A DNA stretch of 64,000 nt from Felis catus (Eukaryota). A program made the translations under genes and the position numbers. The notes under the pieces were generated by a model that was not told the origin of the DNA, searched no databases, and saw only the letters and a program-made list of their open reading frames with translations. The stretch is taken from assembly GCF_018350175.1 (NCBI RefSeq), contig NC_058368.1, positions 25,608,001 through 25,672,000 on the forward strand, written 5' to 3'. Shown here piece by piece: positions 1-12,875 of this stretch. Each line of letters starts with the position of its first letter. Position 1 is the first letter of the stretch.

Positions 1-46
1 ATAAAGATACAGAGGGGAAGCAAAAAGGTACGTTTAAACTCCACGA

Positions 47-170
47 GGGGTGCCTGGCTGGGGTAGTCAGTAAAGCATGTGACTCTTGATCTTGGGGTTG
101 TAAGTTCAAGCCCCATGTTGGGTGTAGAGATTATTTAAAAATAAAAAATAAAATAAATCATTAAAAAAAA
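47..170 (+). mobile_element. Short, older Can-SINE
   Basis: ggggtgcctggctgg...gactcttgatcttggggttgtaagttcaagcccc head and A-rich tail. Confidence 0.85.
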
Positions 171-914
171 CAACAACAACAACTCCGGGAAAACAAAAAG
201 CTCTAGAAGAAGGTCATGGTCTAGATGAAAAGAGACTGGAAGCAGGAGGCAGACATGGCTTAGGTACTGTTGCTTTTCCTCCTAAGTCCTCTGTGCTGGT
301 TGATCTGTTAGTCACAGACACGGTGCTTTGATGACAATATTTATATCTATATCTAGGTATAATCTTTTTAAGGAGTTAAGCATCCATAGCTGAGTGGGTT
401 GAAATAAGGAGAAGCTGATTCCTTCATGCAGGAGTTGATTCTACAGCAAGATTCCGAATCAAAACAAAAACATGAATAGGCAGCTAGGAACACGAATGCT
501 TTGAGTACATTTAAACTCTGCGAAGAAAATTTACAAAGTAGGAATCCGACCTTGATTCGGTAGAAAGAAACCTATTCAGTCAAGGTAGAGAAAGTTCACC
601 GTGTGTCTATTTGAAACAAAGGTGGGTACACAGGGGTTGGAAGGGCTGGTGTTCCCTAGTAGTTATGGAAACGTGGCTTTCCCGGCAGATTTGCACGCTG
701 TTTGCACATCAGATCCTGAAGCATGAGGGAAATCAGGGTGGAAGTCAGGCCTGGACACAGCACAACTGCTGCTGCTTGATGCTCATAAACAAGATGCCAA
801 CCCCTCCCTCAAGGCCAGTGGCCCCTGACCTGGTGTGGTTGCTCAGAGCACAGAGATCTATGGGCTAGGATGCTCCGGGTAGCACTGTTTCCAAAGCCGA
901 AGAAAACAAAACCC

Positions 915-1170
915 AGGCCTGGCAACACCCTAAATGCATGTTATTAGTGGGCCATTTAAATAAAAATCATGGTACATCCATATCATAAGTCCTACAAAGC
1001 TGTTCAAAGGAGAAGGCTGGGTTGTATTAACTAATACGGAAAGATGTCCCTCATGTATTAAGCAACAGAGGCAATTTGCAGAAGAGCATACATACTATGG
1101 GCCTATTAAACATACGTATCTATACGTGCTACAAAATGTACCTATGTAATTTTTAAAAACCCTAGTTAGT
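915..1170 (+). mobile_element. Old L1 (L1M-type) 3' fragment
   Basis: caacaccctaaatg...aaatcatggtacatccat...ggaaagatgtcc resembles the ancient L1 3' region. Confidence 0.5.
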
Positions 1171-1599
1171 AAAGTAAAATGCATGAGGCCTCTTACTTTT
1201 GTCATCGGCTTCTCTGGGGAGTGAAGACGGAAGTCGAGAAAGCAACAAGGCAAGGTTAAAAAGCCAGGGAGGGCTGGGGGTGGGGGGGTGGACCAGAAAG
1301 AATCAGTGGACTGGCCGTGAAGCACAGTGGTTAGTGAGGATGCGCAGCTGAGAAAGGATCCCCAGGACCAATGTGTCTGGTGGGACCCAACCCTACTTGT
1401 CCACCTTCCACTGGGAGCTTGTTCAAATCCAGAGGCGCTGTGACCAGCACCGGCAGCTCAGTGGCACTACCAGAGAGACCTTCCAAGGCGGTGGGTGGAG
1501 GGGCGTGGGCGGGGTGCTGGGCTGGCCGTGGATGACAGTCAGAGCTCTCACGCATTGAGCGTCTAATCACAGTGAACAGCGGCCTCTTAGTTGATACTA

Positions 1600-1790
1600 A
1601 TGTCTGTCATCTGTTAAGCCCTACTGTGTGTTACAAGTATTAGCTCATTTTATCCTGGGACAAAGCTAAAAGATAGATGCAGAGTAATTATTAGGCAGGC
1701 AGGCTTAGAGAGGGCAGGTAACTAGCCTCAGGTCACACAGCCATAGTAAGAAGCAAAGCTCAGAATCAGAGATCAAATGCTAATTTCTAC
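1600..1790 (-). mobile_element. MIR
   Basis: gcttagagagggcaggtaactagcctcaggtcacacagc is the reverse complement of the MIR core. Confidence 0.7.
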
Positions 1791-2666
1791 GAAGAGGCTT
1801 AACTACTTACCCCACGAATGACCTCCCCCCCCCCCCCCCCACTATTCTATACTTTCCCAATTTTCTATAAGGGACACACATTCTTCATTGTCAGGGGTGG
1901 GAATCGAATTTAACAAATCATATCCCAGTATGTTTTAGTCAAGGGGGGTTCCTTGACTAAGGGTGGGAAGTTTCTCCGTGCAGGTGAGCACAGGAACTAA
2001 GGTGATGCTAGGGGAGGAGCCAGGATCTGCAGGAGGGTGGGGGTGCGGGGAGGGACACTAAGGCAGGGGAAAAGTAGAAGTTGGAGACTGGAAAGAGACA
2101 CAGGGGCCAAGGAGGGAGGAGAGGGAGAGAGGAAGGGCCTTTGTCCCAGCCCTGGGTCCAGCACGATGCTGGATCATAGCCGGTGGCTGCTGATGCCTCG
2201 CTGGGCACCTCTGCCCTGGGCTCTCTGTCCACTAGCGCTGGCTGGATTCCTTCAGTTTGGGGACGGATGGGCAGAGCTGGGGAAAACTCATCTCCCTCTG
2301 GACGGCCTCAGTTTCCTCAACACAGGGAAGAATTAACCTTCGACAAGAGCTGCTGGGCACGCGGACAACAGCTCAACGGGGTTTAAAAATTGTAACCTTC
2401 CCAAGACTCTCAAGACTCCTCACCCAGGAAACAGAGCAGGCTCCCGTTCCTCAAGCTGAATTCAGGAAGACAAAAGTCTGCTCCTCCCAGAAACCATCTG
2501 GAGTGTGCCGGGGCTGAAGGCGGTAGCGGTGCCCATCACTCCTGTGCAGAGTTCTGGCAGGTCGGCACGCAGGAGCAGTGATCCCAGGGCGCAGCTTCAG
2601 AAGGGAGGTAGGGGGATGTTTCCACTCCATTTCCGCCCTGCCCAGGCTTCCTTCAGCTCTACACAC

Positions 2667-2693
2667 CATCACCATCATCATCATCATCATCAT
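2667..2693 (+). repeat. (CAT)n microsatellite
   Basis: catcaccatcatcatcatcatcatcat. Source of the poly-H and poly-M ORFs in the track. Confidence 0.95.
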
Positions 2694-2759
2694 CCACCTA
2701 ACTGAGGATATCTGACGGTTTGGATTTACTGCCAAACTCTTCCATTCTTAACTCCTCTG

Positions 2760-3130
2760 GCTCATCTCCCTCAGTTCCAAGAACCATCACCTCCATGCCC
2801 CCAACTCCCATCTCCACACCTCCAGTCTCTAGTTCCACATCTTCAATTTCAGTGTCCCGACTGCAGTTCACACTCAAGTCCAAATGGGAATTGTCAGTGT
2901 TTTGCTACGTCAGTCTATAGCAAATAAATACAAAGCCATTGTCATCAGTCCATCTTGGATCTTCTCCTTCACTCCCCAAATCCGCTGCTAACTCTGGTTC
3001 TTTCTTTCTTCAGAACATCTCCAGAACTTCTTGTCCATTTCCATCCTAGTTCTCAACTTTGTTGTTTATCAGTTTATTCACTTAACAAATAGTTATTAAA
3101 TGTCTGTCGTGTGCCAAGCACTATGCCGGA
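2760..3130. mobile_element. L2 fragments (+ strand body, - strand 3' end)
   Basis: Pyrimidine-rich gtccatcttggatcttctccttcactccccaaatcc, then attcacttaacaaatagttattaaatgtctgtcgtgtgccaagcact. Confidence 0.55.
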
Positions 3131-3396
3131 CAGAGTCAAACACCACTCGCAAATTTCAATTTGGTGGGAGGAGTGCGAGACTGTGGCCTTCACGCACGGC
3201 AGCATGGGGTGTCCCTCGCCAGCCCCCCTCCACACCCCCTGCCTCTGGCACCCGCTGCTGACCAGCCAGGCCAGGCAGTCTGAGCTTCAGGAGCGGTCCC
3301 GACCACACAAATTCTTCCCAAGGGTCTAGGAGTCTTAGTAGTGCCTCTCCTGCGTAATTTTTACATTTCCTATAAATTGTTACTCTAGCACATTTC

Positions 3397-3611
3397 TTTT
3401 TTAATTTTTTTTTTTTTTTAAAGTTTATGTTGAGAGAGAGAGCACGCACGGGCAGGGGGAGGGCAGAGAGAGAGGGGGAGAGAGAGAATTCCAAGCAGGC
3501 TCCGTACTGTCAGTGTAGAGCCCGAGGCGGGGCTTGAGCCCATGAACCATGAGGTCATGTCCTGAGCTGAAATCTAGAACCAGACAACTGACGGAGCCAC
3601 CCAGGCGCCCC
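3397..3611 (-). mobile_element. Can-SINE (SINEC_Fc type)
   Basis: Poly-T, (GA)n, ends gagccacccaggcgcccc. TSD tagcaca(t/c)ttctt. Confidence 0.95.
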
Positions 3612-6600
3612 ATGCTAGTAGCACACTTCTTAAAAAAGGAAACTTAAAATATCAGCAAGAAAAACGCTCACAGGTCCCTTCAATCATATTAGTGGAGCGA
3701 CACCAATGAGGACAGAGCTCCTAAAGCCTCGACATTTGAGAGACAACGAAAAGGACACGATAGTCACTAGTTCTGCAGGTTTTGTAAGCTCAGTACTTGT
3801 ACTGAGTGAGTCTCAGAATGTGATCTTCTGCAGAACATGAGCTTAGTTCCTGATGGATGAGCTCTCATAAAGCAGAACGCTGGAGTGAGTACTCAAAGAG
3901 ATGGACCTATAAACCGCATCATTACATCACTGCACTTTTCTCCCTTGTCTTAGGGTCCATGGGACTGATTTATTCAATTTTTTGCTTCGGCCAGTTCTGT
4001 CATTTATAACTCAAAGGGCCCAGGGTAATAAAATAACATTTGCATATTATTTTACAGGGGATAAAGTTTACCTTCACGATAAACAAAGCAAGGCAGGCAC
4101 TTTGGTCATACCCTCCAGAAAATGCAGAGAAACAGAGGCTATTCCCAAACAGCTGTTTGAACCTACGTTCCTGCCCAAAAACCTATGCTCCTTCCAATCA
4201 AACTCCCTGCCTCTGCACGGGACGTTTTAAGTGATCTCAGACTGTCTGAGAATGGGCGTGGTTCACATTGTTTATACATGATAAATGGAAGGAACGCGAT
4301 TAGGAGTTGTTTGCAATACTTGTTAATTTCAATTACACCCATAGTCTGATTTCTTCTTTAGGTGCTTCTAATTTCTTTCAAATTCTAGACAATGGGGCCT
4401 GAAGTCATTTTGCAAGACCTCAGACTTTCCTTAATGCAAGTGGTGAAAAGCCTTAAGGTAATAATAATACGCTTCTCAGCTCAGCACATCCCTCCCTCCC
4501 TCCTCTCTCTCCTTCCCCACTCTAAGGAAGGAGTTATTTCTTCATCAATTGTCAAGTCTCTCTGCAGCCAAGTGAGGGGACAGCGCCAGGTGCCCGGACA
4601 GCTACATGACATTCCTGCAGGTCTGACTGACAGAGCTAAATTTCCTCTGTCAGGTCCTTGAAAAATATGCTGAAGAAGACAGCCCCCCGGGCTGGTCCCA
4701 CTGCTTGCTTTCGACCATATAACGCTCTTTTTCACCAACCTGAACGCTGAGGTCAGTCCCAGTGTTTTCAGCCAGCGAGCGAGAACTGCTATTCAACCCA
4801 ATTTAAGTTAACTTGGCAAGGGAGACTTGGTGAGCTGTGGCATTTCCACCCTCTCCGAGCCCAAAAGTAGATCCTGTGTGTAGGTGTAGCCTCCACTTTG
4901 ATAAATGACAGAGTTGTGCACTCATTTTATCTGAGGATGGAAGGCAGCGAATAGCTGTTTTCAAAATAAGGTTGATTCATCATTTGAAGAGACCTGGAAC
5001 GAGGTCTCCCGTCAAGCTGGCTCTAGGTAGGAGAAAACCAACTGTTGCCCCAAAACAAAAATGTGCCCAGACTCCTTGTTACCCAACAACGCGAGGGGCT
5101 CACCGGTTCAAAGATGTCTACATCTCCTTGTGTGTCATGGGAGCTAATTAAGGCACAAACCCAGTAGGAATTCTGAGCGTCACATCCTGTTCTATTTTTC
5201 ACCGCTCGGTACCCCAGAGCGCGTAGGCCTCAAGGGTGTGATTGGAAGTGTCTGCCTTCCAAGGAGTGACCATAAAGAGGCGTTTTCTGAACCTATTCTT
5301 AGCGCTCTTATCCCCTCAGATGTACGAGCCAGACCAAGCAGGGCAAGGAAATCAGAGTAGACACCGAAGAGAAGAAACCAAGGGGCCTGAAACCCCGAGC
5401 GACTGAGCTGCTATTTCGAAGGGTGAGTTTACGCACACTGGGGCGACAAGCGCTTGCCCCCTCCTCGCATTGTCTACATCCGGGCACTCAGCCTAAGGAG
5501 GACCCTAACCAGGAAAACTGACAGGAGGGGAGGGAATCCAGGGCTGGCTAGGCGTTGGGTGGACGGAACTGCTTGCCAGCTCTGGTGGCCCCGGGGGCAG
5601 GTGGAGACCTGGTCTTGGGGCACCTGAACCAAGGTCTGAAGTGGTTCAAGGGCTGGAGGGGGCGGTCAATATTTCTCTGTTTTTTTTTTTTTTTTCCCAA
5701 ACTGGAGTTACCGTTTGGTCTGCTGGATAAAAACAACTGCCGTTGGTTTTCCTATGTCCTCAGCCTTTCATCCCTGTTAGCAGCTTTTGGCCATTTCCCG
5801 TGAGATGGCTAGAAATGAAAGATGTGAAACGCAGGTTACTTTTACCATTCAGTGACAGCAGCTCTGGAAACATTTTCAACAAAAACGTTTATTGAACATA
5901 TACTATGTGGCAGGCACCATGCTGCTTTACAAACGCTTCTCACTTAACCCTCTCAGCCCCTGCTGGGAACAGGCATCCTCACCCCCAGGCTTCAGGTGAC
6001 AGCGGGGTGGTCTCACAAGGCGTCTGGTCACACTCAGCGTGGAGTCACTCTCGGGTTTCTCAGGGTAGGCTGTGGGGTGTGATGCGTGATAGGTAGATAC
6101 CACCGAGCTTCCTGAAACACAGGAAAGCCTGAACCCTTCCTACAAGCTGTTTACGGCCAGGAAAACACCACCACCCTTTTAATTAATTTTGTAGTTGAAA
6201 ATTTTGATGAGTGCGGCTATTTCCAGACCTGGTTGGTCATCAGCAGTAACCGTGGAGCTTTATAAAAATACAGAGCTGGAGCCCCCTCCCCGAGGGATGG
6301 GTTTCAGTTCTCGCAGGTAATGCCTGCCATCCATATTTTCACTCCCCTGCTCCCCCTTGTTTCTGATGACTAGGTAGGTTCGAGAATCCTGGGGCTGGAG
6401 AGAGGTTGTGGCACTGGCAGCGAGGGCACGCTGGCCCCAAGCTCCGTCACCGTGGGGCCCTGCGGTGTGGCGTTTACCTTTCTGTGCCTTTGTTTCTGTG
6501 TCTGTAGAATGGGGACAGAAACAGCTGTTGAATTCTTCGAGATGCTGAGGGTGTTTCTTCAGTGCTCACTAGCAACGTGGAAGCACAAGAAGTACAAGCG

Positions 6601-6992
6601 TCACGTTAACTTTCTCAGAACTGGAGATCAAAGCTTTCTGATTTGTTGCTGATGTCATGTGTAAAGTGTAGGTCACGTTGCTCCCACCGCCATGTTGGTT
6701 TTTCCCTCTTCTCATGCACTCGATAGAGGAGTCCTTTATACAGCCGGGTTTGTGTGTAAGCACACTATACACATTGTTTCTTCCATAGGTTGAGTTTTCC
6801 ATCTTTACACGTGAATCCTAGGAATTTTAGAACTTGAAGGGCCTTTTCCTCCTAATTTTCACCATTACCTTTAAATTCACTGGTGGAGCTCCCCCCCCCC
6901 CCCCCCCCCCCCAGGGCTCTTCTTTCTTTAGTTGTGGAACTCAGGGCACAGAATCTTACAGAAATAACAATGAAACAATGACCTCAGGATTC

Positions 6993-7056
6993 TTTTTTAA
7001 AGTTTATTTATTTTGAGAGAGAGAGCGAGCGAGCACATGTGCACGAGTGGGGGAGG

Positions 7057-7092
<36 letters not shown>

Positions 7093-7231
7093 GAGAATCC
7101 CAAGTAGACTCCGTGCCGTCAGCCCGGAACCTGACATGGGGCTTGATCCCACGAACCGCCAAACTGTGAGATCATGACCTGAGCCAAAATCAAGAGTCGT
7201 CACTCAACCGACTGAGCCATCCAGGCACTCC
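6993..7231 (-). mobile_element. Can-SINE
   Basis: Full body with expanded (GA)n. TSD gacctcaggat. Confidence 0.95.
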
Positions 7232-7299
7232 AAGACCTCAGGATCTTCTATTCCCAGATGTGCATTCCCGAATAACTGACTCGGTTGGGGGTACTGTGG

Positions 7300-7795
7300 T
7301 TGCTTTCTGGAGCGCTCAGCTACACATAAGCCCTTCTGCCGGAACCCTCCTGTCCCTGCAACTATGGCTGCCACTGGAGGGGGCCTCTGTGGCCCTTCAT
7401 GCTTCTCCCCACCGATCAGATTAGGGGTGGACGCCTGACCAAAACAGGCAGCCCTCACATTCTTCCGGGAAATCCAGAAATGGGACCCAGGATTAGAGTC
7501 AGTCAGCTGTAAGAAGCTGGCGTGAAAAGTCGTGTCGAATTGAAGCCAGAGCCGGCACTGTGTCAAGGCAGAGGAAAGTGCATGCCGAAGTTCCAGGGGA
7601 ACATGACCTCGTGGAACTAGGGAAGCCAATCTGCAGAGAACAGGGTGGAGCAGAGGCACAGAGGCAGGCCAACAGTACGGATCTCTGAGAGAGGAAGGGA
7701 AGAAGGGCCAGTCCCTTGGAGGGCTGTCTTTTCTGCCTTTAAGCAGACTTAAGTGGCTTTCTCCTTCTTACAACTGGAAGAGCCCTTAGTAGGAT
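7300..7795 (+). mobile_element. MaLR LTR (MLT1-like) relic
   Basis: 3' end aagcagacttaagtggctttctccttcttacaactggaagagccctta resembles the MLT1 terminus. Confidence 0.45.
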
Positions 7796-8175
7796 GGAGC
7801 TGAACGAGAACTGGGTGATAGACAAGTATTTCTGGGTGCAGGCAAGAGTGTGTATACAATCAAGTGGGCCTGCAGCAGGGAGCAGGTGATGCTGGGAAGC
7901 CGAGTACCGAATGGTCTTCCCACAGAGCACACACGCCTGTCTGGGGCCACCAGCCCGTCCACAGCGGGAAGCTTCTGTGTACAACTCGGCGTGTGTGTCG
8001 TAGCTGGGTCTGTGCCAGGTGCAGAAGCTCTGAGTGAGAACAGTGAAGCAAACCCCTCTCCGGTCTTGGGAGCAAGCCTTGTCAGGCCCACGGCTTACAT
8101 TACATATTACAGAAGCTTAAAAAAAAAATTATCAACTTATATATAATGTTATATATTACATAATCTTAAAAAAAA

Positions 8176-8385
8176 TTTTTTTACCGTTTATTTATTTTTG
8201 AGACAGAGAGAGACAGAGCATGAACGGGGGAGGGGCAGAGAGAGAGGGAGACACAGAATCCGAAGCAGGCTCCAGGCTCTGAGCCGTCAGCCCAGAGCTC
8301 GAGGCAGGGCTCAAACCCACGGACTGTGAGATCATGACCTGAGCCGAAGTCGGCCGCTTAACCGACTGAGCCACCCAGGCACCCC
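8176..8385 (-). mobile_element. Can-SINE (SINEC_Fc)
   Basis: Full length. Exact TSD tatattacataatcttaaaa. Confidence 0.97.
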
Positions 8386-8712
8386 TATATTACATAATCT
8401 TAAAACCAGAAAGGATGTTAGCGTTCATCTTTGCCAACCTCTAAGTACAGATACTCTTTTCTGCTGCCCAGCCTCTCGGCAGCCACTTCCTCTAGACCAC
8501 AAATTTCTCCACCCCGGATCACTGGTGACAGCCAACTACCTAAAAAGACCCGGCAAAATTAGGTATCGGGTACGCCAGGGAATACCAAACTCAGTTCTAA
8601 CACATGTGATGCCCTTGCCGGATTGACATACTCAATTTTTTCATGAGGAAATCAACCAGCTGGGCCCAACTGAAGGGTTTTTTCCAGAAAGTTGTTTAAA
8701 TAGATCTTTCTT

Positions 8713-8925
8713 GGGGCGTCTGGGTGGCTCAGTCGGTTAAGCGGCTGACTTCGGCTCAGGTCACGATCTCGCGGTCCGTGAGTTCGAGCCCCACGTCGGG
8801 CTCTGTGCTGACAGCTCAAAGCCTGGAGCCTGTTTCAGATTCTGTGTCTCCCTCTCTCTGCCCCTCCCCCGTTCATGCTCTGTCTCTCTCTGTTTCAAAA
8901 ATAAATAAATGTTAAAAAATAAATA
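8713..8925 (+). mobile_element. Can-SINE (SINEC_Fc)
   Basis: Full length. Exact TSD aaatagatctttctt. Confidence 0.97.
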
Positions 8926-9060
8926 AATAGATCTTTCTTTTCTGCCCTTTCTCAGTTGATTACTTGGTATCCATCGACATCGGCATGCAACTGGAGACCT
9001 CATGCAGAGATGTTTTCATTTCAACGGACTAAGCTTGCAGGCTAAGGTTTGTGGGCTTAC

Positions 9061-9489
9061 AGATGAGTCTGTGTAGGTGGTTAACAGAATGTGATCTGAG
9101 ATGACTGACGTCCTTAAGATTTCACTTGACAGTGCCGGCTGAAGGTGATTAAGAGTTTTATTTTCTAAGAGGATGTAAAGCTCGATGAGTGGTAAGGACA
9201 CACTACCTCCAGAAGCTGCAACTGAAAAGGTCCATTTGCCTGAGTTCAGCGCAAGGCTGGACCATGCCCGGCAGAGCACACGGCAAGGGAAAGACACGCT
9301 CGCCCTCTTCTCTGATCCTTGGCTCCACGAGGAGTAAGACTCCTCATCCAAGGGCATGAGGTCGAGACCAGGGACATCGTGGGGCTAGCGACATCAGCAA
9401 AAGCTTCAGCTTCAGCTGACTTGAGTTCTAGCCTCAGCTTTTCCAAGTTCTGCTGTCCCACGGTTATGAACTCATCTTGGTTTTCTCTG
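9061..9489 (-). pseudogene. Candidate exon of an unidentified small or decayed gene (see findings)
   Basis: Non-repeat sequence bounded by ttgtttttaaag| and |gtaagc. Two overlapping open frames (9246-9461 and 9016-9357) cover it with one frame change. No family recognised. Confidence 0.2.
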
Positions 9490-9894
9490 CTTTAAAAACA
9501 ACACATTTCTTACCTCCCCTACTACGGTAAGAAATCATTGCTCAAACTTGCTTTCTCAAACATTCAGCAAATCAAAGAAGTGATGGGTTTCTCATCCCCC
9601 AGTGACACTCCTTTCTCAGATTTATTGTGGGTATATAAATGACTCAGTCCATTGCTGCCTTTTTGAGGACCCTCTCCCAGTGGATTTAATTCAAGGCCTC
9701 TAGCATCGTACACACTAGGCATTTTCTTCCCTTTTGGAGATGGAATTTACCTTTGTTAATGCCTGGAGAATTTGTCAGGGTAACACAGCAGACCTCTAAC
9801 ACTGCCAACCGGTCCCGACCAGCTTCCGACCTTCCCAGACTGGAGCTCTCTGAAGACTCCTGGGCTGTACGACGTTCCCCGGTCTCTGTAGTCA

Positions 9895-10635
9895 GCCCCT
9901 CTACGCCCCCTCAACCCCAGGCAAATACTGACCTGTGTATTTACCCCTAGAGTGTTGCCATTTCTGTAATGTCCTACAGATGAAGCATACAGTATGTAGC
10001 TCCAGGAGTCTGGCTTCTTTCACCTCGCACAATGCACAGGCGATTCATCCAAATGGTCCTTTCATTTTCATTACTGAGTAGTATTCCAGCGCAAGACCAC
10101 ACCATAGTTTCACGGAGTCACAAGCTGGTGGACATGTGGGTGGTTTCTAGTTTTTGGCAATTAGGATTAAAGCTGTTATAAATATTTGTGTATAGGTTTT
10201 TGTGTCCACATGTTATTTTCATTTCTCTTGGGTAAATACCGATCAGTGGGATTGCTACGTTGTACGGTGGTATATTCGAGTTTACTAAAAGCTACCCAGC
10301 TGTTTTCAACCTCGCACTCTCACGAGCAACCTGAGTTCAGGCTGTGCTGCATGCTTGTCAGCACATGGAACTGTGAGCCTGCTGAAATTTTAGCCACTCT
10401 AGTAGGTATGTAACATTATCCCATGTGGTTTTAATTTCATTTCCTTCAACCAGTGATGTGGAGTAGCTTTCTGCGTGTTTATCTGACCATCCGTATCTTC
10501 TTGGTGAGGTGTATGTGTACGTTTGCTGCTCATTTTTAAATTGGCTTGTTGTGCTGTTACTAAAATAGGAGAGATCTTTATACAGTCTAGATACAAGTCC
10601 ATTATATGTGTTTTATAAATATCTTTTCTTCTGTA
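9895..10635 (-). mobile_element. L1 (L1M-type) 3' fragment
   Basis: gtctggcttctttcac, catttctcttgggtaaatac and ttttagccactctagtaggt are antisense L1 ORF2-end/3' UTR motifs. Confidence 0.85.
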
Positions 10636-10764
10636 GGATGTTTAAAGGCTCCCTTTCAACATCACTGATAAGAGATCATCATTTCTGAAGTAGTTCCGTG
10701 CTGTACTGGTGTCTCTTTGGAGATCCACCTTTGGTAAATACTTTTACTATTCTTTTAACTGCGA

Positions 10765-11800
10765 CATGTTTGACACCTAAATGTTAATTTAAGGTATCCA
10801 ACATACTGCTTTGATATATTACTATATTGTGAGATGACTGTCAGTGTAGCATCAGTTAGCACCTCTACTGCATCATTTTTGTGGCTGGCATAATTAAGAT
10901 TCAGTGTCTTAGCAAATTTGATATTATACTGTTGTCTATAATGTTACACTATGCATTAAATCTCTAGGACTTACTTACTACCACTTTTAAGTTTGTACCC
11001 TTAAACAACATCTCTTCTACCCCTCCCTTCCCCCAGTCCCTGGTGATCACCATTTTGCTCTCTGCTTTTTATGAATCTGACCTTTTTGATTCTACGTGAA
11101 AGTGAATTCCACATTTAAGACTATTTGTATTTTTCTCCCTGACTTATCCCACTTAGCATACGGACTTCAAGGTCCATACATGTTGTTGCGAGTGGCAGGA
11201 TTTTTTTCTTTCTCATGGCTCAATAATTCCTGAAAATTTATTTCATATATAGATCCCATCTCTTTATCCATTCATCTGTTGATGGGTACTCGGGATGTTT
11301 CCCTATCTTAGCTATCGTAAATAATGTTGCAATAACATGGGCATGCATATACCTCTTTGATATCCTGTTTTCATTTCCTTTGGGTCTGTACCCAAAGGTG
11401 GAAGTGCTAGATCATAAGGTAGATCTGTTTTGTTTTGTTTTGCATGGTGTGCTTTCTTTTTTTAAAGTAGTCTCCATGACCAACAGGGGCTTGAACCCAT
11501 GACCCTGAGATCAAGAGTCACACGCTCCATCGAGCAAGCCAGCTGCCCCTATTTTTAATTTTTGAGAACTCTATACTGTTTGCCATATCGACTAAAACAA
11601 TCACATTTCCGTAAATAGTGTCCAGGGGTTCCCTTATCTCCACATCCTTGCCAACACTTGTTATCTCTTCTCTTCTTGAGCTTAGCCATTCTAACAGGTG
11701 TGAGGTGGGATCTCATTGTGGTTTTGATTTGCATTTCCCTGACGATTAGTGATGCTTAGTACCTTCTCATGTATCTGCTGGCCATTTGGACGTCTTCTTC
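10765..11800 (-). mobile_element. L1 3' fragment (L1MA/carnivore type) interrupted by a short SINE
   Basis: catctctttatccattcatctgttgatggg and agccattctaacaggtgtgaggtggg...gatttgcatttccctga. Confidence 0.9.
11457..11549 (-). mobile_element. Short Can-SINE within L1
   Basis: ggggcttgaacccatgaccctgagatcaagagtc. Confidence 0.8.
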
Positions 11801-12569
11801 CAGTTGCTCCAGATTTCACCTGCGAATGCTAAGTCAGGCCACCCACCCACCAGTGGCCATCCAGTCATCACCAACAGAGGACAAGGATAAGGGACTCTCT
11901 CTTTAGCCTCAGCTCTTGTCTAGGTCCTCTAGTCCAGCTAGGAGTTACTGGGCCTCCATTACTTAAGTGAATCATTTGACCCTATTTAGCTCCCGCTCCC
12001 TATTTATCTTTTTTGCAGTGGTGGAAAGATAAAGGATTGAGATCTCAAACCTCTATGATATAATTCATTATGGTTGGTTTCAACTGCCATTTCAGTAGGA
12101 CCAAATTAAAGAAATGTGTTCAGGGATGAGTCAAAGTGGAAAAGCATGCTGCACATATGGGAGTAATTAGGTTGTTTGCACCATTTTGAACTTGGGGGTA
12201 CGCCTGAAGCAGGCTAGTCCTGCCTGGCTGCTCATCCATCGCACCCGATCCCAGGGAGAGATGATGTGACCTCCACATTCTTCTATCAGACCAAGACTGG
12301 ACTCAGTGTGTCGAGCCACACTCCCTCACTACCAGGCTGTATCTGTTAGTACACTGAAGGTGTGTGTGGGTTCTCACTCCAATCACCTTGTGAAGTAAGG
12401 CTGCGAGTGTTACTGAGCTCCTAAACCCCTTCAAAATCCACTTCAGGAACTGCTCCAGGAAGGCTTTCCTCACTCCCCAAGGATGCAATTCTCTCTGTGC
12501 CACTTCCGTATTTTACATCTTTTGTATAGGATACACATTTTGTATTTTACATCTTTACATCTTTTGGAT

Positions 12570-12875
12570 ATGGTACCATATAGTGTTTCAAGTGCTTTAC
12601 ACATATTGACTTTTTAAAAATAGTTATGTTTCTTAACTCCATACAGCAACAGCAGAACGGCACAAAATCAGCCGTGCTACGGAAAGAACCAGCAATTTTT
12701 CTGCACTCTACAGTGTAACCAAGAATGTGGGAAATAAAGTGCTGATATATTGACTCATTTAAGTTTCACCACAACTCTCCGGTAGGTACGCTTACTATAT
12801 CTATTTCACAGATGAGGAAACAGAGGCACAGAAAGCAAACAACTTGCTCTAAGTGACCTGCTTTGAACCCACATA
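12570..12875 (-). mobile_element. MIR fragments
   Basis: aagtgctttacacatattgact and tttcacagatgaggaaacagaggcacaga. Confidence 0.7.

Noticed and set aside
2451..2920. Overlapping ORFs with poly-His, poly-Met and acidic stretches
   Set aside because: Explained by a (CAT)n microsatellite and a pyrimidine-rich L2 relic. No splice or family support.
7204..7659. 151-aa minus-strand ORF
   Set aside because: Overlaps an MLT1-like LTR relic and runs into a SINE.
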